DNA of 64,000 nt from a virus. Taxonomy: Duplodnaviria; Caudoviricetes. This document shows positions 56,344-64,000 of this stretch, piece after piece. Within the stretch, counting starts at the first letter, position 1. Each line of letters begins with the position of its first letter. The stretch is from positions 6,926 through 70,925 of IMG/VR virus record IMGVR_UViG_3300025654_000007. One strand, written 5' to 3'. The notes under the pieces are model-generated. The model was not told where the DNA came from. It saw nothing but the letters and a program-made list of their open reading frames with translations, and searched no databases. Both the position numbers and the translations under genes were made by a program.

Positions 56344-56351
56344 TAATAACA

Positions 56352-56381
56352 GTTTACATTAGTGACATATTGTGTTATAAT
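56352..56381 (+). promoter_or_regulatory. Early promoter for clpX
   Basis: GTTTACA-N17-TATAAT with TGn; GAGG SD downstream. Confidence 0.9.
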
Positions 56382-56419
56382 AGTATTATCAAAACGAAAA
56401 ACCTAAGAGGTAGTAATCT

Positions 56420-57841
56420 ATGAGTACAAATTATGGTAATGGCAGTGGCTACTGGAGTGGTGGTAGCAATAATATTCAATGTTCATGCTGTGGTCTAAGT
56501 AAGGACAAAGTAGAAGCAATGATCGAAGTGCCTACTGGGTTTATATGTAATGGTTGTATCGATATGGCCAAAGCAATGTCTGACGATGAGGTGTCATACC
56601 AACAAAAAATGACTTCTTTAAAACAAAGTAACAGCACATCAAAGCAACCGCCGATCGGTACAGAGGGAGAAGAAGATCTATCATTAGAAGATATTCTTAA
56701 TCTATACTCGATGGCAAGTACTTTAGCAGACGATGGCACAGTCACTAGCTTTGAACATCCCAACTCAGATGATGTTACTCAATTCGAAACAACTGGAAAA
56801 CCAGTCGTGTTTCCTCGTCCTAAAGAAATCGTAAAAGAACTAAATGATTATATCATTGGTCAAGATTCGGCTAAAAAAGCTTTGGCTGTCGCAGTGTATA
56901 GTCACTTCAAACGAATCAATAACAAGAAAACTGATGTTGAGTTACCTAAAAGCAATATCATGTTGATTGGTCCTACAGGTAGTGGTAAGACTTTATTCGC
57001 TCAAACATTAGCTAAACAACTTTCTGTTCCATTAGCAATCGCTGACGCTACTTCATTAACTGAAGCTGGTTATGTTGGTGATGATGTTGAGAGTATTCTT
57101 ACTAAGTTACTTTCATCTGCTGATGGCGACCTTCAAAAAGCTGAACACGGTATCGTATACATCGATGAGATCGACAAGATATGTGCTAAGTCTGGCGTTA
57201 ACGGTGGTCGCGATGTTTCAGGTGAAGGTGTTCAGCAAGCTTTACTTAAACTAGTTGAAGGTACTACTGCAAACGTTAAAGTCAAACCTGGTCGCAAAAG
57301 TCCTGCTGATGAAGTAGTTACTATTGATACTAAGAACATATTGTTCATCGTTGGTGGTGCGTTCGCTGGAATCGATAAGATTGTAGCTAAACGTGAAAAT
57401 GCAGCTGGAGCTGGTATTGGATTCCATGCTAATGTATCAAAAGGTGAAGATAAATCGTTAACTGAGAATATCTCTAATGTAAGTGCAGATGATATTGTCA
57501 AGTTCGGTCTGATTCCTGAGTTCGTTGGTCGAATTCCTGTAGTTGCTACATTACAAGAATTAGATCGAAGTGCTTTAGTATCTATCTTAACCGAGCCAAA
57601 GAACGCAATCACTAAGCAATATGCAGAACTTGTTGCAATGGACGAATCAGTTCTTAAGTTTGATAAGACAGCCTTAGAAGCAGTCGCTGATATCGCTATC
57701 ACACGTAAGACTGGAGCTAGAGGATTACAAACAGTTCTCGAAAACCAATTGCAAGAGATTATGTTTAATGCAGAACCAAATAAGACTATGACATTAATTC
57801 ATGCTGAAGGTGAGTTTAAAACAGTTTACACCGAAGCATAA
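56420..57841 (+). CDS. clpX: Phage-encoded ClpX AAA+ unfoldase
   Basis: C4 zinc finger (CSCCG...ICNGC), [12 protein letters not shown] pore-1, [22 protein letters not shown] loop, PEFVGR, TGARGL. Confidence 0.96.
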   Translation: MSTNYGNGSGYWSGGSNNIQCSCCGLSKDKVEAMIEVPTGFICNGCIDMAKAMSDDEVSYQQKMTSLKQSNSTSKQPPIGTEGEEDLSLEDILNLYSMASTLADDGTVTSFEHPNSDDVTQFETTGKPVVFPRPKEIVKELNDYIIGQDSAKKALAVAVYSHFKRINNKKTDVELPKSNIMLIGPTGSGKTLFAQTLAKQLSVPLAIADATSLTEAGYVGDDVESILTKLLSSADGDLQKAEHGIVYIDEIDKICAKSGVNGGRDVSGEGVQQALLKLVEGTTANVKVKPGRKSPADEVVTIDTKNILFIVGGAFAGIDKIVAKRENAAGAGIGFHANVSKGEDKSLTENISNVSADDIVKFGLIPEFVGRIPVVATLQELDRSALVSILTEPKNAITKQYAELVAMDESVLKFDKTALEAVADIAITRKTGARGLQTVLENQLQEIMFNAEPNKTMTLIHAEGEFKTVYTEA

Positions 57842-57853
57842 TTGTTATATAAT
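57824..57853 (+). promoter_or_regulatory. Early promoter for gp43, overlapping the clpX 3' end
   Basis: GTTTACA-N17-TATAAT; the -35 lies in clpX codons T-V-Y-T. Confidence 0.85.
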
Positions 57854-57884
57854 ATACGTTCTTTAATTGATATGAGTTTTATAT

Positions 57885-60404
57885 ATGTCTGAATTTTACA
57901 CTTCGGTATCCCGGTATGGTAATCAACTACTATATCGCGGATACCAGGATGGTAAGCGTGTTCAACGCAAAATCAAATACTGTCCTACTTACTTTGTATC
58001 TACTAATAAGCCAACAAATTGGCACGCTCTAGACGGCACTCCTGTTGCTCCTTTGCAAATGGATTCTATGCGTGATGCTAAAGATTGGGTTGAAACTAAT
58101 CGTGGTGTTGTTGGTAGACATATCTTCGGTAATGATCGACACGTTGCTACTTACTTAAATGAAAAGTTTCCTGGTAATATCGAATTCGATCCAAGCCTTA
58201 TTAACATAACAGCTATCGATATCGAGGTTGCTTCTGATGATGGTTTTCCCCATCCAGAAGAAGCTGCTCGTGAAGTTATCTCTATTGCTTTAATTAACAA
58301 TATTGATAACACTTACTATGTATGGGGTCTAGATGACTTCGACGTAGAATCTAGCTATATGCAAGACAATCGTGTAATATACAAACAGTTTTCTACTGAA
58401 TCAGAATTGATGATGGACTTCATTAACTTTTGGTCTAATCCAATTCATACACCTGATATTGTAACTGGTTGGAATAGTGAATTCTTTGATATTCCATATC
58501 TATTAAACAGAACGCTGCGTCTTTTTGGTGAAGATACAGCAAAGCGATTTTCTCCATGGAATAAAGTCGACCGCAAAGATGTTACCATTATGGGTCGTAA
58601 CCAAATGACATTTAACATAACTGGCATCATAAGTGTCGATTATCTTGAAGCATTTAAAAAGTTTGGTTATTCATATGGTGCACAGGAATCCTATAAACTA
58701 GATCACATTGCGAGTGTAGTGCTTGGCGAAAAGAAACTATCATACGAAGAGCATGGTAATCTATTTACGCTGTACAAACAAGATCACCAAAAGTTCATTG
58801 ACTATAATATTCGAGATGTAGAACTTATTCGTAGATTCGAAGACAAAATGGGTCTTATTCAGCTTTGTATGACTATTGCATATAAAGCTGGTGTTAACTA
58901 TGGTGAAACGTTCGGTACTACTTCAATCTGGGATACTATCATATATCGTGAACTACATGCTAATAATGTTATAGTGCCATTCGCTGATGAGAAGATCAAA
59001 ACGCCATATCCTGGCGGCTATGTTAAAGAACCACAAGTTGGTATGCATGACTGGGTACTCTCATTCGATTTAGCATCGCTATATCCATCAATCATTATGC
59101 AATATAACATGTCACCTGAAACAATATCTGAAGGTGAAACAGTACCATTTGATCTTAATAAAGTTCTAAATCGTGAACAAGAAATCGATAATCGTGGCAA
59201 GTCTTTAGCTGCCTCTGGTCAATACTTTGAAACTGAAAAGCAAGGTGTATTACCATCTATTATCGGTGGTATGTACGACGAACGTGTTCTTGTTAAACGA
59301 CAAATGCTAGATTCGCAGCAGGAATTGCAGCATGTTGATAAGGCAAACAAACAAGAAATATACCGAATCGAACGCGATATTAGTAAAGCTGAAAATAGTC
59401 AAATGGCTATTAAGATCTTACTTAACTCCTTATATGGTGCTTTAGGTAATAAGTACTTTAGATTCTTTGATCAGCGCATCGCCGAATCTATTACATATAC
59501 TGGACAATTAACAATACAATGGGCTGAAAAGGCAATCAACTCATGGATGAATGATGTTCTTAAACCTGAAAATACCGAAGATTATGTAATAGCAATCGAT
59601 ACAGATTCTGTTTATGTAAATCTTGGACCATTAGTCAATAAGGTTAAACCTAAGAATCCAGTTAACTTCCTTGATACTGCTGCTAAAGAAGTAATTGAAC
59701 CACTTCTCGCTAAAGCATATGATGAGTTATTCAGTACTCTTGGTGGTTATGAAAACAGAATGGCAATGGATCGTGAAGTAATTGCTGATCGCGGTATTTG
59801 GACAGCTAAAAAGCGATATATACTAAACGTACACGATAATGAAGGTGTTCGTTACGCTGAACCTAAAATGAAGATTATGGGTATCGAAGCTATTAAGTCT
59901 TCTACACCAGCACCATGTCGTGTTGCTCTGACTGAACTCTTTAAGCTTATATTGGCAAGTGATGAAGATACAACTCAGAAAGCTATTGCCACCTTTAAGT
60001 CTCATTTTAATACTTTACCAGCTAATGAAATCGCGTTCCCTCGTGGAGTTACTGATATTAATAAATGGAAAGATCCATACACTGTTTATAAGAAGTCGAC
60101 TCCTCAGCACGTACGAGCTAGCCTAACACACAACAAAATGATCGATGATTTGAATCTAAATCGACAATATCAACCAATTGCAGGTGGTAATAAGATTCGC
60201 TTTGTGGCTCTTAAACTTCCAAACCCAGCTAAACAGGACGTAATCGCATTTTCTGATTACCTTCCTAAAGAGTTTGGTTTAGATGAGTTTGTTAACTATG
60301 ATCTACAGTTCCATAAGTCCTTTATCAAACCAATCGAACCAGTATTGGCTGCAATCGGCTGGTCAGTCGAACCAAGATCTGATCTTAGTGATTTCTTTTC
60401 ATAA
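57885..60404 (+). CDS. gp43: B-family DNA polymerase
   Basis: DIEV exo I, FDIPY, YNIRD, SFDLASLYPSII, KILLNSLYGALG, IDTDSVY. Confidence 0.99.
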   Translation: MSEFYTSVSRYGNQLLYRGYQDGKRVQRKIKYCPTYFVSTNKPTNWHALDGTPVAPLQMDSMRDAKDWVETNRGVVGRHIFGNDRHVATYLNEKFPGNIEFDPSLINITAIDIEVASDDGFPHPEEAAREVISIALINNIDNTYYVWGLDDFDVESSYMQDNRVIYKQFSTESELMMDFINFWSNPIHTPDIVTGWNSEFFDIPYLLNRTLRLFGEDTAKRFSPWNKVDRKDVTIMGRNQMTFNITGIISVDYLEAFKKFGYSYGAQESYKLDHIASVVLGEKKLSYEEHGNLFTLYKQDHQKFIDYNIRDVELIRRFEDKMGLIQLCMTIAYKAGVNYGETFGTTSIWDTIIYRELHANNVIVPFADEKIKTPYPGGYVKEPQVGMHDWVLSFDLASLYPSIIMQYNMSPETISEGETVPFDLNKVLNREQEIDNRGKSLAASGQYFETEKQGVLPSIIGGMYDERVLVKRQMLDSQQELQHVDKANKQEIYRIERDISKAENSQMAIKILLNSLYGALGNKYFRFFDQRIAESITYTGQLTIQWAEKAINSWMNDVLKPENTEDYVIAIDTDSVYVNLGPLVNKVKPKNPVNFLDTAAKEVIEPLLAKAYDELFSTLGGYENRMAMDREVIADRGIWTAKKRYILNVHDNEGVRYAEPKMKIMGIEAIKSSTPAPCRVALTELFKLILASDEDTTQKAIATFKSHFNTLPANEIAFPRGVTDINKWKDPYTVYKKSTPQHVRASLTHNKMIDDLNLNRQYQPIAGGNKIRFVALKLPNPAKQDVIAFSDYLPKEFGLDEFVNYDLQFHKSFIKPIEPVLAAIGWSVEPRSDLSDFFS

Positions 60405-60418
60405 TTATGTAACAAACA

Positions 60419-60448
60419 GTTTACAAATCAATCTAAATGTGTTATAAT
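60419..60448 (+). promoter_or_regulatory. Early promoter
   Basis: GTTTACA-N17-TATAAT with TGn. Confidence 0.9.
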
Positions 60449-60477
60449 ATACAAATATTAATCAAGGAAATAACAAT

Positions 60478-60765
60478 ATGTCAAACGCAAAACTAGTTAG
60501 AATCTTTTCTGGCGAAGAAATTCTAGCAAAAGTAACAACTAATGAAGCTGGTGATGTTACACTAGAAGAACCAATCTTAATTATGCCTGCTGGCGAAGGT
60601 CGTATTGGTTTTGCTCCATACTGTCCTTTTACTGAAGAGGATATTACTATTCGAGCTAACCACGTAGTTTTCATTGTAGAACCTACAAAGGCATTAGCTG
60701 ATAATTACCGCCAAGCAACAACTGGCATTCATGTTCCTGACAACGGTGGAATAATCTTATCATGA
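60478..60765 (+). CDS. Small Sm-like hypothetical protein
   Basis: KLVRIFSGEEILAKV...GFAPYCPF; AAGGA SD. Confidence 0.75.
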   Translation: MSNAKLVRIFSGEEILAKVTTNEAGDVTLEEPILIMPAGEGRIGFAPYCPFTEEDITIRANHVVFIVEPTKALADNYRQATTGIHVPDNGGIILS

Positions 60766-61199
60766 GTAAGAATTGGGTTCAAGACGTAGCTGAAATGCAG
60801 GGCAAATACCATACCCGTAAATGGGTATCAGAAAACCCTACTAAACTAAAAGAATTCTTAAAGTTTAGACTTGAGTTCTTAAATGAAGAATTAGCTGAAA
60901 CATGGAAAGCATTTGATGAAAGTGATGCAGACGAATTAGTCGATGGTCTTATTGATTTAGCTGTAATTGCAATTGGTACATTAGACGCATTTGATGTTAA
61001 TGCATATAAAGCATGGGACGCAGTCCTTAAGGCTAATACATCTAAAGAGATCGGTCAAAAACCATCCCGTCCTAATCCACTAGGTGTACCTGATCTTATT
61101 AAACCCGAAGGTTGGACTGCTCCTAGTCACCTAGACAATTGTGGATTATTCAATGATGTTTTCGGCGTTCAAGCTGGACAAATGGATCTTTTTAAATGA
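60762..61199 (+). CDS. MazG-like / PRA-PH-like all-alpha NTP pyrophosphohydrolase
   Basis: EELAE..ELVDGLIDL..; ANTSK; DLIKPEGW.AP. Confidence 0.85.
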   Translation: MSKNWVQDVAEMQGKYHTRKWVSENPTKLKEFLKFRLEFLNEELAETWKAFDESDADELVDGLIDLAVIAIGTLDAFDVNAYKAWDAVLKANTSKEIGQKPSRPNPLGVPDLIKPEGWTAPSHLDNCGLFNDVFGVQAGQMDLFK

Positions 61200-62113
61200 T
61201 ACAACTGACAATATTTGATTCAATATACGATAATAAGACTCATAAGCAAATGGACTTCCGTTCCTTTGTTGAGTTTGAGTCTATGTTGTACAAGTTGTCT
61301 GAGTCTAAAAAATATAAGACTAAGAAGGATGCACCACTGATCTCTCCTGCTGTTTATACTGAAGGAACTACTAGATCAAATACTAACGTTGAATATTGGG
61401 GTGGCTTTGCTATTGTCGACGTTGATGACTATGAAGGTGATATGAAAGATATTGAACAAGCATATGCTGACTATCAGTACGTGTGCTATTCAACAGCATC
61501 TTCAACAGTAGAGCATCCCAAGTTTAGATTGGTATTCCCTATAAGCCAAGTTATAGACCATGACGATATAAAGCATTTCTGGTATGCATTGAATAAAGAA
61601 ATCGGCGGAATAGCTGATGTACAAACCAAAGATATGTCTCGTATGTACTATGTTCCATCTTCGTATGAAGGTGCACATAATTTTATCTTTACTCATGAAG
61701 GTAGGGTTATGTGTCCTAGAGTAATAATGGAAAAACACAAATGGGTTAAGCCAGCAGAATCCTTCCTTGATAAACTACCAGAATCGATTCGTAAAGGCTT
61801 AATAGAACATAAGAAGAATAGCTTAACAAATACAAGTTATAGTTGGACTGGATATTTAGATTGTCCATTCATTAATAAGAAACAGGTTGAAGAGTTTAAG
61901 ACCATTAATGGATCTGGCTGGTACCATAAATTATATACTATGATGGTAACTACAGCTGGTAACGCAATGGCTAAAGGTTATCCAATCACAGCCAAAGAGA
62001 TTGAATATTTGATGCGTGATTTGGACACAGATACTGGTGGATGGTACGCAAAACGTCCAATCAGTAAAGAAGCAGAGCGAGCCATAGAGTTCGTATTTAG
62101 AAACAATTTTTAA
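61196..62113 (+). CDS. Archaeo-eukaryotic primase (AEP/Prim-Pol)-like protein
   Basis: ISPAVY, AIVDVDD (DxD), YSTASS, PKFRLVFP, helical C-terminal domain. Confidence 0.7.
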   Translation: MIQLTIFDSIYDNKTHKQMDFRSFVEFESMLYKLSESKKYKTKKDAPLISPAVYTEGTTRSNTNVEYWGGFAIVDVDDYEGDMKDIEQAYADYQYVCYSTASSTVEHPKFRLVFPISQVIDHDDIKHFWYALNKEIGGIADVQTKDMSRMYYVPSSYEGAHNFIFTHEGRVMCPRVIMEKHKWVKPAESFLDKLPESIRKGLIEHKKNSLTNTSYSWTGYLDCPFINKKQVEEFKTINGSGWYHKLYTMMVTTAGNAMAKGYPITAKEIEYLMRDLDTDTGGWYAKRPISKEAERAIEFVFRNNF

Positions 62114-62130
62114 ACAAGGAGCAATATATT

Positions 62131-62271
62131 ATGTCAAGCGCAATATGCAACATCTTGATTACTGGTGTTCTGTTATATACCCTCGTACTTTCTTTTGTTT
62201 TTGTTTATATAGCAATGAAGGATGCAGGTGTTAGAACTGACTTATGCAATCGTTGTCCACTTTTTAGACTA
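62131..62271 (+). CDS. Small single-TM protein, 46 aa (missing from ORF track)
   Basis: AAGGAG SD; MSSAICNILITGVLLYTLVLSFVFVYIAMKDAGVRTDLCNRCPLLD*. Confidence 0.65.
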
Positions 62272-62296
62272 ATTAGAAAACTCAAAAAAAGAAAAG

Positions 62297-62494
62297 ATGT
62301 ATAGTAACTTAGAAAAAGTAATAGCTCGAGGCTTAGGATACGAAATCGGTCAATCAGACGACGATGATCCTAAGCTAGCAGTACTACCACAAAGATTAGC
62401 CAAGAGAGGACTATACGTTAGAATCACTCTCCAATTAGTCAATTGGTTAACATGTTTCTTCATTATAGCAGGAGTAATACGACATTGGAATTAG
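62297..62494 (+). CDS. Small membrane protein
   Basis: C-terminal hydrophobic helix LTCFFIIAGVIRHWN, an ending common in marine phage hypotheticals. Confidence 0.65.
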   Translation: MYSNLEKVIARGLGYEIGQSDDDDPKLAVLPQRLAKRGLYVRITLQLVNWLTCFFIIAGVIRHWN

Positions 62495-63096
62495 ATCCTA
62501 AGTTAGAACGATTCATTGCACACCTTAATGATTGCTTTAAACGAGCAGGAACTATCGTAGTCAAACCAGAAGAATGTATCGATCAGGCAATGGAAATAGT
62601 TAACAACGTCAAAAAGAACAATAACGTAAGAGATAGAGAAACACAAATCCGCAATGCAATGTCAGTCGCTCTTGAGTATGCAATTGATAAGGCAGTTCCT
62701 GGATCTAGATCAGACTATGAACCAGGTAAGATGGATCCATCAGATCCTCATACCTTTGCATATGACAATACAGTCGAGTTCGAAGGTACTGAATTCACAA
62801 TTGATGCTACTACTATCGATAGCCGCGGTTACCTTTCAGATACATTAGAACCAGCAGGTGTTAGTAGATCTAATGGTTACCGATGGGGTAAGTTTCAGAC
62901 TAAGAATCTTCATAAAAACCTAATAGATGTCATTGTCGCTGGTCACATAACGATCACCCCAGACGATCTTATTCTATGTGATTTTGATCTAATAGTAGAC
63001 ACTCAATCAATGTTTAACGCATCAAACTGGACAAGATCTCAGATACCAGGTAAGATGTTCCTTTCTCACGATGTTTGTAGAATAGTTACAAAATAA
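62485..63096 (+). CDS. Hypothetical protein (start probably TTG 62485 after AGGAG)
   Basis: Long open frame with phage-like composition; no family recognised. Confidence 0.6.
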   Translation: MELDPKLERFIAHLNDCFKRAGTIVVKPEECIDQAMEIVNNVKKNNNVRDRETQIRNAMSVALEYAIDKAVPGSRSDYEPGKMDPSDPHTFAYDNTVEFEGTEFTIDATTIDSRGYLSDTLEPAGVSRSNGYRWGKFQTKNLHKNLIDVIVAGHITITPDDLILCDFDLIVDTQSMFNASNWTRSQIPGKMFLSHDVCRIVTK

Positions 63097-63098
63097 CA

Positions 63099-63128
63099 GT
63101 TTACAAACGCATCAAAGTATGATATAAT
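63099..63128 (+). promoter_or_regulatory. Early promoter for the DNA-modification genes
   Basis: GTTTACA-N17-TATAAT with TGn. Confidence 0.9.
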
Positions 63129-63158
63129 TATCTTATAAATCAAACAGAGTGTGATGAC

Positions 63159-63563
63159 ATGTCAGATAAAGAATCAATCAAAGTACTAAATGAATGCGCT
63201 GATCTTCAGCTTAAAAAGTCAAATGACTACCAAAACCCCAATTCTCGTATTAAGCAGTCAGATTACTACCCTCAGGGTATATCGACTATCCTTGATATTA
63301 TGCAAGCTAAAGTATTACGAGCAAGATCTGTAATTGAAGCTATGGAAAATGATCCAAATTATGAACAAAACTTTGAATCTCTTGAAGATTCAGGTAAAGA
63401 CCTAATTAACTATTCATCATTCTTTGTTGCATATCTAAGAGATGGCATTGAAGGTCAAGACGGTACAACTGATATGTTTAATCGTCGTAAGCCTCAACCT
63501 GATGATATGATCAATGTAAGTGGTGTTCCATATAAAATTAGACGAGGCGATATCGATGCATAA
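63159..63563 (+). CDS. DUF1599 / nucleotide-modification-associated domain protein
   Basis: KKSNDY...AKVLRA...ESLEDSGKDLINY pattern; directly upstream of the hydroxymethylase. Confidence 0.65.
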   Translation: MSDKESIKVLNECADLQLKKSNDYQNPNSRIKQSDYYPQGISTILDIMQAKVLRARSVIEAMENDPNYEQNFESLEDSGKDLINYSSFFVAYLRDGIEGQDGTTDMFNRRKPQPDDMINVSGVPYKIRRGDIDA

Positions 63564-64000
63564 ACTAACAGTTGAAGACATTCGTCAATACTTTGTTGAT
63601 GAACTAGAAGCAGAAAACTTTACAACTGATCGTAATGGTGGTAAAACTATTGAGCTTATCGGTGCATCATTCATCGCTGACGAAAATGCAATCTTTGGTA
63701 CTGTAAATCCTGAATATGTTCAAGCTGAGTTAGATTGGTATGAATCACAATCATGTAATGTTAATGACATATATGGACCAGATCGTGCTCCACCTAAAGC
63801 TTGGCAGATGACCGCTAATCACAATGGTGAAGTGAATTCAAACTATGGTCATTTAATATACAGTGCAGGTCATTGGAATCAATATGAGTCTGCTCTTAAA
63901 ACCTTAGTCGAAAGTCCTGATACACGTAGAGCTATTATGGTCTACAATCGACCAAGCATTCAATTCGAACATAGTTGGAATGAAATTAATGACTTCATTT
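63556..64000 (+). CDS. gp42: dCMP hydroxymethylase-like protein (thymidylate synthase superfamily), 3'-truncated and missing from ORF track
   Basis: MHKLTVEDIR..KTIELIGASFIADENAIFG.VN.EYVQAELDWY..GEVNSNYG..QY...PDTRRAIMVYNRPSIQF..NDFI closely parallels T4 gp42 (TVEEIR, KTIEIIGASFVADE, EINSNYG, DSRRGIMIYTRPSMQF, DFMC). Confidence 0.9.
   Translation, partial: MHKLTVEDIRQYFVDELEAENFTTDRNGGKTIELIGASFIADENAIFGTVNPEYVQAELDWYESQSCNVNDIYGPDRAPPKAWQMTANHNGEVNSNYGHLIYSAGHWNQYESALKTLVESPDTRRAIMVYNRPSIQFEHSWNEINDFI

Noticed and set aside
913-60674. All minus-strand ORFs in the track (e.g. 2857-3198, 4334-4948, 51005-51487, 57232-57702)
   Set aside because: They are antisense shadows of well-supported + strand genes, with no SD or promoter and no recognisable motifs
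1-64000. tRNA genes, CRISPR arrays, introns, inteins, homing endonucleases
   Set aside because: No cloverleaf with T-loop/CCA, no regular repeat-spacer array, and core genes (gp17, gp20, gp23, gp43, uvsW) are uninterrupted and of normal length; judged by eye, so tRNAscan or Infernal would be decisive

Overview
A 64 kb, AT-rich segment of a T4-like (gp23-type capsid) myovirus genome, probably an environmental or marine lineage. All credible genes are on the + strand. 1-866: 3' part of gp32. 993-41652: complete late/structural module (gp4, gp2, gp54-like, gp26/gp51-like chaperones, tape measure, gp48, gp53, hub, gp5, gp25, gp6, gp7, gp8, large DUF4815/VrlC-like protein, tail fibres, gp13-gp23, gp3), driven by TATAAATA late promoters. 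41686-44005: uvsY, uvsW and one more gene. 44426-64000: early/replication module (gp55, gp47, gp46, VWA-metallopeptidase plus MoxR/CobS AAA+, gp45, gp44, dexA, gp62, regA, phage ClpX, gp43, MazG-like protein, AEP-like primase, DUF1599-like protein, start of a gp42-like dCMP hydroxymethylase), driven by nine near-identical GTTTACA-N17-TATAAT promoters. Best leads: (1) a U7 slippery site fusing gp26 to a start-less gp51-like ORF just upstream of the tape measure gene, a lambda G/GT-like -1 frameshift; (2) the only minus-strand early promoter, firing into a non-coding, hairpin-rich, G-rich tract (candidate ncRNA or R-loop origin); (3) a ClpX with RKS in place of the RKH loop; (4) a pyrimidine-modification cluster; (5) apparently leaderless late genes. 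Family assignments come from motif recognition and synteny, not database searches. I saw no tRNA, CRISPR array, intron or mobile element.
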